Origin: Candidatus Omnitrophota bacterium
GTDB taxonomy: Bacteria > Omnitrophota > Gorgyraeia > Gygaellales > Profunditerraquicolaceae
Reading direction: 5' to 3'
Assembly (NCBI GenBank): GCA_026387315.1
Contig: JAPLLY010000008.1
Location: 50,069-114,068, forward strand
Length of the DNA: 64,000 nt
The translations under genes were made by a program, and so were the position numbers. Numbering within the stretch: the stretch's first letter is position 1; each line of letters begins with the position of its first letter. Shown piece by piece: positions 25,644 to 34,696 of this stretch. Below the pieces are notes generated by a model, which worked only from the letters and a program-made list of their open reading frames with translations, was not told the DNA's origin and searched no databases.

Positions 25644-27581
25644 TTACAGTTCATCCGTGTTGCTGGCGTTCCGTACATCTACAAACTCTTCCAACAAACC
25701 ACCCTGCTCTAGAAAACGAGATACCCGGGTAAACACTGGGCCGGAGCCATCCGCGAAACTTCTGAAAGAACGGTCAATCCGCGGTTTTAATAACAATAAA
25801 TTTACTTTAGCCCGGGTAGCGGCAACATAAAACAAACGGCGCTCTTCTTCGATCTGATCTTCTGTGGCTAAAGATAGATAAGAGGGCAAATGCCCCTCGG
25901 CAACATAAATTAAAAACACTGTATGCCATTCCAGCCCCTTAGCCGAATGTATCGTCGAGAGAGTAAGCGGGGCACTCTCTTTATCCAGCCTGTCCGGCTC
26001 AACCAGCATCCTTTCCGGAGGCTCCAGAGCCATATCCACTAAAAATTGCTCGGTTGTTTTATAGCGTTGGGCGATTCTTAATAGTGAATCCAGGTCATTT
26101 AAACGCTTGTTAAAATCATCATACTTAATTTTTAATAACGGCTGATAATAACTAAGAAATCTGGAGATAATCTCAAACGGCGTATCAGTTTGAAGATCTA
26201 TGTTTTTCAATAACTCAAACAGTTTCTTAAGTTCGTCGCTCTTCTGCCACAGCTGTTCTAACCTGGGCTGATCTAGAATTGACTCGATGATTTTAGCCGC
26301 GGTTTTAGGGCCAATTCTAGGAATTAATTCCAGAGCGCGCAGCCAACTAACCTGATCCAGCCGATTGTAGGCAATGCGTAAATAACTCACCAGGTCTTTG
26401 ATGTGCGCGGCCTCCACAAATTTTTGCCCGCCATATTTGGCGAAAGGAATATTCCGGCCGGCTAATTCGATCTCTAAATCATTAGAGTGCCACCCGGAAC
26501 GAAACAGCACGGCCATATCTTTTAAAGCGACGCCCTCTTCTCTTAATTCTAAAATTTTTTCCGCCACAAAAACGGATTGCGCGTTTTCATCTAAACAATC
26601 AATAAAAACCGGAACTTCTCCCCCCTGCTTTTTAGTATAGAGGTTCTTCTGGAATTTTTCTTTGGCTTGAGCGATGACCGCGTTGGTCAAATTCAGGATC
26701 GGCTGGGTGGAACGGTAATTCTCTTCTAGAGTAATAATCTTAGCGCCTTTAAATATCTGGGGAAAATCAATAATATTTCTAAAATTTGCCCCCCGGAAAG
26801 AATAAATACTCTGCGCGTCATCACCCACGACCATAATATTGGCATGATCCGCGGCCAACAGACAGGCAATCTGCGCCTGAAGTTTATTAGTATCCTGATA
26901 CTCATCGACCATAATATATTTGTATTTAGCGCCCAGGCTGGCGCGCACAACTTCATGCTTGGTAAGCAAGTTTTTTAAAAAAACTAGCAAATCATCATAA
27001 TCCAGGAGAGATTTTTGATGTTTATATTTATTATATTCGTCGCGAATTTTCTTAATCTCTTCGGCAAATTCAATAAACTGCGGATATTCATCAAACAACA
27101 CCCCGGAAATCTCTTCGGATTTATTCACACTTTTAGAGATAACCTCTAAAATAGCATGTTTACGCGGAAAGCATTTCTCGGATTTATAAAAATTCAACTG
27201 TGTACGTATTAAATTTACCACATTTTCGGCATCCGCCTGATCAAGAATAGTAAAATTACTGCTAATTTCTAAAAGCTTGGCGTATTTTCTTAAGATCATG
27301 TTGGCGAAAGAATGAAAGGTGCCGCCGGAAACATTCTTACAGCGCTCATCCAACAGGAGGCTAGCCCGGCGCAGCATCTCTTGGGCTGAACGGCGCGTAA
27401 AAGTAAGTAAAAGAATCTGCTCGGGCGCTATGCCTTGTTGGACCAGATAGGCAACCCGGTGCACTAAAACCCGCGTCTTGCCGCTTCCGGCTCCGGCAAT
27501 CACCAGGTGCGGGCCAGAGATAGACTCCACGGCTTTAAGCTGCGCGGGATTTAGTTGGCGGTGATAATTTATTTTTTCCAT
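25644..27581 (-). CDS. UvrD/PcrA/Rep-family ATP-dependent DNA helicase
   Basis: LNPAQLKAVE, Walker A AGAGSGKT, and the motifs VDEYQDT, GDDAQSIYSFRGA, TIHSAKGLEW. Confidence 0.85.
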   Translation of the reverse strand: MEKINYHRQLNPAQLKAVESISGPHLVIAGAGSGKTRVLVHRVAYLVQQGIAPEQILLLTFTRRSAQEMLRRASLLLDERCKNVSGGTFHSFANMILRKYAKLLEISSNFTILDQADAENVVNLIRTQLNFYKSEKCFPRKHAILEVISKSVNKSEEISGVLFDEYPQFIEFAEEIKKIRDEYNKYKHQKSLLDYDDLLVFLKNLLTKHEVVRASLGAKYKYIMVDEYQDTNKLQAQIACLLAADHANIMVVGDDAQSIYSFRGANFRNIIDFPQIFKGAKIITLEENYRSTQPILNLTNAVIAQAKEKFQKNLYTKKQGGEVPVFIDCLDENAQSVFVAEKILELREEGVALKDMAVLFRSGWHSNDLEIELAGRNIPFAKYGGQKFVEAAHIKDLVSYLRIAYNRLDQVSWLRALELIPRIGPKTAAKIIESILDQPRLEQLWQKSDELKKLFELLKNIDLQTDTPFEIISRFLSYYQPLLKIKYDDFNKRLNDLDSLLRIAQRYKTTEQFLVDMALEPPERMLVEPDRLDKESAPLTLSTIHSAKGLEWHTVFLIYVAEGHLPSYLSLATEDQIEEERRLFYVAATRAKVNLLLLKPRIDRSFRSFADGSGPVFTRVSRFLEQGGLLEEFVDVRNASNTDEL

Positions 27582-27602
27582 GAACTATTCTATTAAATAA
27601 AA

Positions 27603-27657
27603 GGGGACGGTTCTGTTTTTCAATAAAATCATACGACGGAAAAACAGAACCGTCCCC
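27603..27657. repeat. GGGGACGGTTCT family hairpin (18-bp perfect stem)
   Basis: GGGGACGGTTCTGTTTTT (27603-27620) / AAAAACAGAACCGTCCCC (27640-27657), followed by TAGATTTC. Confidence 0.9.
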
Positions 27658-27675
27658 TAGATTTCTAAGTTTATT

Positions 27676-28227
27676 TTAAATGCTGGGTTTTATATACGCT
27701 CGATTGATCTTCTGTTGAACAGTTGGCCGGTCATTAGCATCCACCGGAGTATTTTCAATCTTTCTCACTACCTCTAAACCGGAAACAACCTCGCCAAAAA
27801 TGGTATGGCGCATATTTAACCAGGGTGTTTTAGCGCAGGTAATAAAAAACTGGCTGCCATTTGTATTGGGCCCGCTATTGGCCATCGCTAAAACACCTTC
27901 CGCGTCAAACTTGGCTTGCGGAGTTACTTCATCTTCAAAAGGCTTTCCCCAGATAGAAGAGCCTCCCATTCCAGTTCCCGTAGGGTCACCGCCTTGAATC
28001 ATAAAACCTTTAATCACCCGGTGAAAAATCAGGCCGTTATAATAACCCTTTTCTACTAATTTTGTAAAATTTTCACAGGCCTTGGGCGCGATATCGTTTT
28101 TCAACTTAATTTCAATGTTTCCTTGATTAGTTTCTAAAACCACAATTGTTTCATTCATCGCGAAAATCCCTCCGTAACCAAAGGTTAAACTCAACGCTAA
28201 TAATGCCGTAAATATTTTCTTTTTCAT
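27676..28227 (-). CDS. Cyclophilin-type peptidyl-prolyl isomerase, secreted
   Basis: FHRVIKGFMIQGGDP, GSQFFI, and an N-terminal signal peptide. Confidence 0.85.
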   Translation of the reverse strand: MKKKIFTALLALSLTFGYGGIFAMNETIVVLETNQGNIEIKLKNDIAPKACENFTKLVEKGYYNGLIFHRVIKGFMIQGGDPTGTGMGGSSIWGKPFEDEVTPQAKFDAEGVLAMANSGPNTNGSQFFITCAKTPWLNMRHTIFGEVVSGLEVVRKIENTPVDANDRPTVQQKINRAYIKPSI

Positions 28228-28260
28228 CGTCCGTATCCTTTCTTTTCCTTTCTTTTATTT

Positions 28261-29154
28261 CTATTCTTCTGTTTCTTCTGTCTTCTTCTCTATGTTCTCT
28301 TCTGGAGCCTTAAGCTCTTCTACCAGCTTAATTTCTTCTGGTTTGGATTCTTCAAGAGCAGTTTCTGCGGATTTAGTTTCTTCCGTAGGAATAGTTTCTG
28401 GTAACTTAACCTCTTCCGCAAGCGGCGCTTTCTTATCGGTCAACTGCCGCGAACGCGCAATCTCGGCAGCAAAACTCTTCAATCTCTCTTGGCTAGCTTC
28501 TAAATCTTTCTCTAATTTTGTGTACTCTTCATTTAATTGGCTAAACTCTGATTTAGGCACCCACTCACTGATTTTTTCTTTACGATTAAACTCAGCAATC
28601 GCCGCCAAATACTCATTAATACTTTTAAGCTGGCTTTCGATTTGATGTTTCTGCGCCTGCAACTGATCTTCTTTAAGCCGGCAAGCCATCTCTTTTGCTT
28701 CCAGGGCGGTTTTTATTTCACGCATCTGGCGGGTAAAATTTACATTTTTGGTAAACTCTTCCTGCAGTTCATTTTCCTTAGTAATAAACTTATTTTTTAA
28801 ATCTGAATTTTCTGCTTTGATCTTGGTTAACTCTGCCTCCGCTTTAGCCACCCACTCTTCTCTGCGCTTTAACTCTACAGAAAATTCCGCCTCTTTTTCT
28901 TTAACTGTCATTAATCCGGATTTTTCCTCCACAGAGGCAACTTTGGCCTGTCCTAACTGGCTTTCTAACTTAGCTATCTGGCTTTGTAAGCGCTGGATTT
29001 TTTGCTCTTTACCGGAATCTTCCGCAAGTAATAGCTGATCCTGGATTTTTTGCTTTTGAGGGGTTTGCGGCTTACCAGATGTAAATACCCCAAAAACAGC
29101 ATAAATAACTACACCCACGCCTAAAGCTACCAATATTTGCATGATGAGCATCAT
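28261..29154 (-). CDS. Membrane-anchored coiled-coil protein, hypothetical
   Basis: One N-terminal TM helix followed by a long heptad-like E/K/Q-rich sequence. Overlaps the rarA stop by 4 nt. Confidence 0.5.
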   Translation of the reverse strand: MMLIMQILVALGVGVVIYAVFGVFTSGKPQTPQKQKIQDQLLLAEDSGKEQKIQRLQSQIAKLESQLGQAKVASVEEKSGLMTVKEKEAEFSVELKRREEWVAKAEAELTKIKAENSDLKNKFITKENELQEEFTKNVNFTRQMREIKTALEAKEMACRLKEDQLQAQKHQIESQLKSINEYLAAIAEFNRKEKISEWVPKSEFSQLNEEYTKLEKDLEASQERLKSFAAEIARSRQLTDKKAPLAEEVKLPETIPTEETKSAETALEESKPEEIKLVEELKAPEENIEKKTEETEE

Positions 29155-30506
29155 TTTGACTTATCCTTTCCCCCTATGTCCCCACACCCAGCGGAGGAGA
29201 CTTGCCGCAATTTTTCTAAACGCTCTTTAATTTTAGCTTCATGGCCTGAATCTGTCGGTTCATAATAGCATACTTTTTTAGGTGTATACTGTTGTTTTAC
29301 ATAATGGCCCGGATAATCATGGCTATATTTATATCCTAAGCCATGCCCGAGTTCCTCGGCGCCGCTGTAAGAAGCATCCTTAAGGTGATCCGGAACCTCT
29401 TGTACTTTATTTTCCTTAATATCCTGAGCAGCTCTTTCCACCGCCAAATAACAGGCATTGGATTTAGGAGCGCAACTGACATAGATCACTGCCTGGGCCA
29501 AAGGAATCCTGGCTTCGGGCATGCCCACAAATTCAGAGATCTGTAAAGCCGCGTTGGCTAAAACTAAAGCCAGAGGATCGGCATTGCCTACGTCCTCGGC
29601 GGCTAAGATACAAACTCGCCGGGCGATAAAACGCGGGTCTTCTCCGGCATATAACATCTTGGCCATCCAATAAATTGCCGCGTCCGGATCAGAACCACGC
29701 ATGGATTTAATGAAAGCCGAAGCCGTATCGTAATGGCCGTCCCCATCGCGATCATAAACCACTGCCTTCTTCTGGATAGACTCCTGAGCAATCTCTAAAT
29801 CAAAATTAATATAACCATCTTTAGCCGCCGGGGTAGTTAAAACTCCCAACTCCAGGGCAGACAAAGCCCGGCGCGCGTCACCTTCGCAGCTCTTGGCTAA
29901 AAAATCAAGCGCGTTTTTATCAAGTTTAACCTTAAAATTACCCAGCCCTCTTTCTTTATCCGTTAAAGCGTTATTAATTATGTTAATTAAATCCGCGCTC
30001 TGAAGCGCTTTTAATTCACAAACAATTGACCGGGAAAGCAGGGCGGCGGTAAGCGAAAAATACGGATTATGCACTGTGGCGCCAATTAATACCAAACGGC
30101 CCTCTTCAACATCAGGCAAAAGCACATCCTGCTGGGCTTTATTAAAACGGTGGATTTCATCGATAAAAAGAATGGTTTTAGTTTTTCCTTCTTTTGTTCT
30201 TAGTTTAGAAGCGGCAATAATTTTTCTTAATTCTTCAACATTAGAGGTGGTAGCGTTAATCGCCGCGTAGTTTGCCTGAGTAATCCTGGCAATACACCAA
30301 GCCAAAGAGGTTTTGCCTGTTCCCGGAGGGCCGAACAGAATAAGCGAAGTTAGCCGGTCAGCTTCAATAGCGCGACGTAATAATTTATTTTTACCTAATA
30401 TTTGATCCTGGCCAAATAGTTGATCAAGCCTGGTTGGCCGCAGGCGCACTGCCAAGGGGAGATTTTTATCCTGGGTATTTAAAGTTTCTTGGCTGAATAA
30501 ATCCAT
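29151..30506 (-). CDS. rarA: Replication-associated recombination protein A (MgsA/RarA AAA+ ATPase)
   Basis: LILFGPPGTGKTSLA, LFIDEIHRFNKAQQD, and the C-terminal MgsA domain (HLKDASYSGAEELGHGLGYKYSHDY). Confidence 0.9.
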   Translation of the reverse strand: MDLFSQETLNTQDKNLPLAVRLRPTRLDQLFGQDQILGKNKLLRRAIEADRLTSLILFGPPGTGKTSLAWCIARITQANYAAINATTSNVEELRKIIAASKLRTKEGKTKTILFIDEIHRFNKAQQDVLLPDVEEGRLVLIGATVHNPYFSLTAALLSRSIVCELKALQSADLINIINNALTDKERGLGNFKVKLDKNALDFLAKSCEGDARRALSALELGVLTTPAAKDGYINFDLEIAQESIQKKAVVYDRDGDGHYDTASAFIKSMRGSDPDAAIYWMAKMLYAGEDPRFIARRVCILAAEDVGNADPLALVLANAALQISEFVGMPEARIPLAQAVIYVSCAPKSNACYLAVERAAQDIKENKVQEVPDHLKDASYSGAEELGHGLGYKYSHDYPGHYVKQQYTPKKVCYYEPTDSGHEAKIKERLEKLRQVSSAGCGDIGGKDKSK

Positions 30507-30978
30507 ATGATTGATCAGGACAGTGTAATAAACCTACCCAAAAATATTGTGGCAGACAAAAAAATCCCCGCAAAAGTGCCGTTGGACTGATAGTCTGAAC
30601 CGATTTGGCTTCAGGTGGGTGCCCTATCTTTAGGCACGCGTGCTTAAAGAATAATGGGGCTCCCGTGAAAATAGTGTTGGTTCAACAATTATCAAATTTC
30701 CAACGCGCACCGCAGGGATATTTAAAAGAGCTCTCTAATTCTAGAAAAAGTATAGCACATATTAATAACGAAATCAATCCTCGCTGTATTATTGAATGGA
30801 CTTCTCTTGAACGTCGCAAAGCACACCAAATCCTTTTTATTCCTGTGCTCAATCCCCATTCCAACGTCGCAAAAAGTCTACTTTTGCGACAGTCAGCTAA
30901 CACCAAAGCTCAGCGGCGCGCCTTGTTCGGCTCCTAGAATTCGTGAATCGAAAATCCTTACACCCCAAAGCATACTTA

Positions 30979-31575
30979 TTAGTTCTTGACGGCTTTCTTA
31001 ACCACATCCGCCAACCTTTCCGCCAACGGGTCTTGGCAATCATTAAGGTTGTAGGTCACCTCTCCATCTTCTAAAATGTTTCTAACGGATGGTATCAGAT
31101 CTACGTCAGGGGGGACTCCTGTACCGTAAATCCATGGCCCCCTAAAATAATAAGAGACGTTGATAAAGACGTGCAGGATAAGTCCATCGGCCTTGGGAGA
31201 TGTGAAGAGTCCCATCTGATCTAACCCGGCGATTATTCGTCGTCGTGGGCCGGAGGGATCAAATGATGGTAAAGGAAAAGGTAGCCCCCTGGGGGTGGGG
31301 GGCTGCTCCACGTCTATAGCGATCTGCCTTATCTTCATGCTCCGCAACTTCTCGGCGATTCGCCTCGATGTCCCCTCCTTTTGTTTTTGCAACTCCGCAA
31401 TTTTGGATTCTGCTTGTGGGCGGAATTCTGAGTGAGGATGACTTTGAATAAACTCATCGTAAGAATATATGGTGTCCCGTGTCTGAGCTGTTTTCCAGTC
31501 TTTTTGGACAGTGGAACAGCCTACAAGGATGATTACCGCACTCATTGTCGCTACCATTCTGAATGCCTTTGACAT
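30979..31575 (-). CDS. Lipoprotein, hypothetical
   Basis: MSKAFRMVATMSAVIILVGCSTV carries a lipobox. No family recognised. Confidence 0.5.
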   Translation of the reverse strand: MSKAFRMVATMSAVIILVGCSTVQKDWKTAQTRDTIYSYDEFIQSHPHSEFRPQAESKIAELQKQKEGTSRRIAEKLRSMKIRQIAIDVEQPPTPRGLPFPLPSFDPSGPRRRIIAGLDQMGLFTSPKADGLILHVFINVSYYFRGPWIYGTGVPPDVDLIPSVRNILEDGEVTYNLNDCQDPLAERLADVVKKAVKN

Positions 31576-31871
31576 TTTCTTCTCCTTTCCGTTTGTTGCC
31601 GAACAATTAATAGACGAACTTCCTTTTTTCTATTGCTTCTTCTCTATTTCTGATCAAAATAGAATATTTCTCGAGAAAAACTAAAGATTTTTGAACCCAT
31701 TATTCGTAATTCCTCTATAATAGCAGAAAATGCGTAGTTCGTATAACACCTAAAAATTCCCTTGTAAGGATTAAATTACTTTTCCGTCAACACCTCTGCC
31801 GCCTCTTCTAAATCTTCCGGAAACACATCCGCATAATACCCTTAATCTTTTTTCAGAGGCATTTGATGAAT

Positions 31872-32150
31872 TTACGCCGCGCTTTCGACGATATTTCCGT
31901 TTGCGTATTTATGCAGCACGCTTGATATCAATGTTTGATAAGGCAGCCCGTTTTCTACGGCCTTACGCTGAATATGCACTATATCTGTTTCCGATATCCT
32001 GATATTTATCCTCTTATTCTTGCGCAAATTAGACTTTGCATATTCACGATACCGCGCGATTTCTTTTTTAACATTTGGAATGGATTTAAGAGTGCCCCGC
32101 TCATAAGCCTCAAGAATTTCTTTTTCTTCTTCCTTTATTTTCATATTCAT
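31872..32150 (-). CDS. brnA: BrnA-like antitoxin (CopG/RHH-type)
   Basis: ...KRINIRISETDIVHIQRKAVENGLPYQTLISSVLHKY is typical of BrnA. The ATG overlaps the brnT TGA (TGATG). Confidence 0.7.
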   Translation of the reverse strand: MNMKIKEEEKEILEAYERGTLKSIPNVKKEIARYREYAKSNLRKNKRINIRISETDIVHIQRKAVENGLPYQTLISSVLHKYANGNIVESAA

Positions 32151-32422
32151 CACCCCTTCAGGTATTTTTTCGTTGCCTTACGGCTTGGAATTATTGTCTT
32201 TAAAAAGATTTTATCTTCACTCTCTATAAAAGGAACTAAATACGCGTAGTTTTCGATGTTTATTATAAACATCCTCTGCCCGGAATATTTACTTTGCTGG
32301 GGGTGTGGAATAATATCCAACACATCTCCTCTATCAATGTAAAATACAATATCTTCAAAGGATACCCCGCGTTCATCTTTTAATTGAGTATTCTTTTCGC
32401 TGTTCCATTCGAATAATTTCAT
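32150..32422 (-). CDS. brnT: BrnT-family ribonuclease toxin (DUF497)
   Basis: FEWNSEKNTQLKDERGVSFEDIVFYIDRG...MFIINIENYAYLVPF matches the BrnT pattern. Confidence 0.75.
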   Translation of the reverse strand: MKLFEWNSEKNTQLKDERGVSFEDIVFYIDRGDVLDIIPHPQQSKYSGQRMFIINIENYAYLVPFIESEDKIFLKTIIPSRKATKKYLKG

Positions 32423-32514
32423 TCTGTTATAATTGTAACATCTTGTGTGCCTTTTGTCAACAAGTATTTTCTCTTATTCTAGCACCAGCATCTCTGCCGC
32501 TTCCTCCAGAGAAA

Positions 32515-32587
32515 GGGGACGGTTTTGTTTCTTTAGAATCTAGGGGACGGTTCTCTTTTTTATATTATAAAAAAGAGAACCGTCCCC
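32515..32587. repeat. GGGGACGG family: degenerate forward copy plus 19-bp hairpin, flanked by T-runs (bidirectional terminator-like)
   Basis: GGGGACGGTTTTG (32515-32527), then CTTTAGAATCTA, then GGGGACGGTTCTCTTTTTT / AAAAAAGAGAACCGTCCCC (32543-32587). Ends 1 nt before the pheT stop codon. Confidence 0.9.
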
Positions 32588-32588
32588 T

Positions 32589-34640
32589 TTATTTTCGTAA
32601 TTCTATGCCAAACCGCTCTTTTAATAAAGAACAAATATCATTACGCGCCGGAGCAATTTCCTCTTCGGTCAACGTGCGGCTATCCATCCGATAGATACAA
32701 GATATGGTTAAACCCTTAAACCCCGCCGGGATTTGCGGGCCCTGATAATAATCTACGATTTTGGCCTGGACTAATAACGGAGCGCCTTTTGCCTCTATCG
32801 CCCCCAATACCTCTTGCACCGAAATATCCTCATTAATCACCAAACTTATATCCCGAGTAATCGCCGGATATTTAGGAATAGCTAAAAACTTTTTTCCTAA
32901 ATTTATACTACTAAATAACTTTTCTAAATTAACCTGGGCCAAGACAACTTGCCGATTTTTAATATCAAAGGCCCCTAAGATTTGCGGGCTTAAATCCAGC
33001 ATAAAACCTGCCTGTTTCTGGTTAATCACAATATCTATTTTATTATCTTCTTGACGCCAGAAATCAAAGTTTTCAACTCCCAGCCGATTAAATAGGGTTT
33101 CTAAAATACCTTTTAAATGCAGCAGTATAATTTCGTCTCTGACTAAGCCTTGTTTAGTAAAGAAGGTATTAACCCCGCATAAAGCCAGGCCCAGCAAAGG
33201 CTCTTGCGCGACTGCATTTGCTTGGCCGGAAAAAATATTGGCGATCTCAAAAATACTTACTCTCTCCTGCTGCTGATCTAAGTTATAGGCCAGAGCGCGA
33301 ATAAGACTGGGAAAAAGCGCGGGACGCAGAACCTCCTGCTCTTTGCTTAAAGGATTCAAAATTTCAATTAACCCGGCATCAATATTAAGCCCGGATTTTT
33401 TAAGCAGGCCGCGATCCACCAAGCTATAGGTAATTACCTCAAATAAACCTAAACCAGATAAGATATTTTTTATCCCGCAGATGAAGCCTCTTTTATCCGA
33501 AACTTCTTGGCCGGGCTTTACCGCCGGAAGGGTTTGGGGAATTTTTCCATAACCATAAATACGCGCAACTTCCTCCACCAAATCTACCGGTAACTTTAAA
33601 TCCTGACGGAAACTAGGCGCCCCCACGGTTAAAATATTCTTAGTTTTAGTTTTTACCCGCAGGCCTAACCGGTTTAAAATTTGCTTAATCTTGAAAACAG
33701 GAATGGCTGTACCCAATACTTTATTTAAATAAGCAGCATCCAAATTAATCACCGGATGAATTACTTTAGATACGCCTAAGCTGCTGAACCCGGAAGGTTT
33801 GCCAGAAGCTAACTTTAAAATTAACTCTCCCGCTGCCCAAGAAGCGCTCCTGACCGCTTCCAAATCTACCCCTCTTTCAAAGCGATAGGCGGATTCGGAT
33901 TGCAATCCTAATTTTTGTTTGGCCCGCCGCACGAGCAGGGGATTAAATACCGCGCCTTCCAGTAAAATGTTGCGCGTCTTAACCGTAACTTCAGTTTCTT
34001 TACCCCCCATAATCCCGGCAATGGCTACTGCTTTATGCGTATCGGCAATCACTAAAATTTCCGGGCTCAATATCTTGGTTTGGCCATCAATAGTAATGAT
34101 CTTTTCATCCGCGTTAGCCCGGCGCACTCTAATTTCTTTTTGGCTCAATTTATCTAAATCAAAGGCGTGCAGCGGTTGGCCTAACTCAAATAAACAATAA
34201 TTAGTAATATCCACGATATTATTGACACTGCGGCAACCTAAAGACTCCAATCTCCTCTTGAGCCACTCCGGAGACGGGCCAACTTTTACATTTTCAATTA
34301 TTCGAGCGGTATAAAGAGGGCAATCTTTTTTGTCTTCAATGGTAATTAGGTTCTTGGTGCTAGGTTCTAGGTTCTTGGGTTTACCCCTAACATCGAACAC
34401 CTTACACCTAGCACCTAAATTTATTTTTTTTCCGGTTATTGCCGCTACTTCCCTGGCAATTCCCAAAACACTTAACCAATCGGGCCGATTTGAAGTTATC
34501 TCAATCTCTAAAACAAAATCCTCCCCTGTTTTTTCCAGAGCAACTACCTCCAGCCCGGCCATAGTCAGTTTTTCTGCCAAAGCTTGAGGCGGAATTTTAA
34601 TATTTACGAAATCTTTTAGCCAATTATAAGTAACTTTCAC
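32589..34640 (-). CDS. pheT: Phenylalanyl-tRNA synthetase beta subunit
   Basis: (V)KVTYNWLKDFV is a typical N-terminus. I prefer the GTG at 34640 (GGAGG 10 nt upstream) over the ATG at 34667, which lacks an RBS. The B3/4, B5 and FDX-ACB regions are present. Confidence 0.85.
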   Translation of the reverse strand: MKVTYNWLKDFVNIKIPPQALAEKLTMAGLEVVALEKTGEDFVLEIEITSNRPDWLSVLGIAREVAAITGKKINLGARCKVFDVRGKPKNLEPSTKNLITIEDKKDCPLYTARIIENVKVGPSPEWLKRRLESLGCRSVNNIVDITNYCLFELGQPLHAFDLDKLSQKEIRVRRANADEKIITIDGQTKILSPEILVIADTHKAVAIAGIMGGKETEVTVKTRNILLEGAVFNPLLVRRAKQKLGLQSESAYRFERGVDLEAVRSASWAAGELILKLASGKPSGFSSLGVSKVIHPVINLDAAYLNKVLGTAIPVFKIKQILNRLGLRVKTKTKNILTVGAPSFRQDLKLPVDLVEEVARIYGYGKIPQTLPAVKPGQEVSDKRGFICGIKNILSGLGLFEVITYSLVDRGLLKKSGLNIDAGLIEILNPLSKEQEVLRPALFPSLIRALAYNLDQQQERVSIFEIANIFSGQANAVAQEPLLGLALCGVNTFFTKQGLVRDEIILLHLKGILETLFNRLGVENFDFWRQEDNKIDIVINQKQAGFMLDLSPQILGAFDIKNRQVVLAQVNLEKLFSSINLGKKFLAIPKYPAITRDISLVINEDISVQEVLGAIEAKGAPLLVQAKIVDYYQGPQIPAGFKGLTISCIYRMDSRTLTEEEIAPARNDICSLLKERFGIELRK
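34348..34420. repeat. Heptamer-periodic palindrome inside pheT (AGGTTCT TGGTGCT AGGTTCT AGGTTCT ... GAACACC TTACACC TAGCACC)
   Basis: Read directly. Translated in frame as ...GARCKVFDVRGKPKNLEPSTKNL.... Confidence 0.8.
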
Positions 34641-34696
34641 CCCGTTACAACCTCCAATAAACCCCATTACAAAAGTTTGTAACGGGGTAAGTTATT

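Noticed and set aside
30820-30890. Two AACGTCGCAAA copies and a GTCGCAAAA hairpin considered as a degenerate CRISPR or tracr-like unit
   Set aside because: There are only two copies, no spacer regularity and no cas genes. It is kept only as part of the long-spacer observation.
30605-30937. 110-aa plus-strand ORF (TTG start) in the long rarA-upstream spacer
   Set aside because: It is the only plus-strand ORF in a 50-kb minus-strand block. It overlaps an equally weak minus-strand ORF, has no RBS and no recognisable domain.
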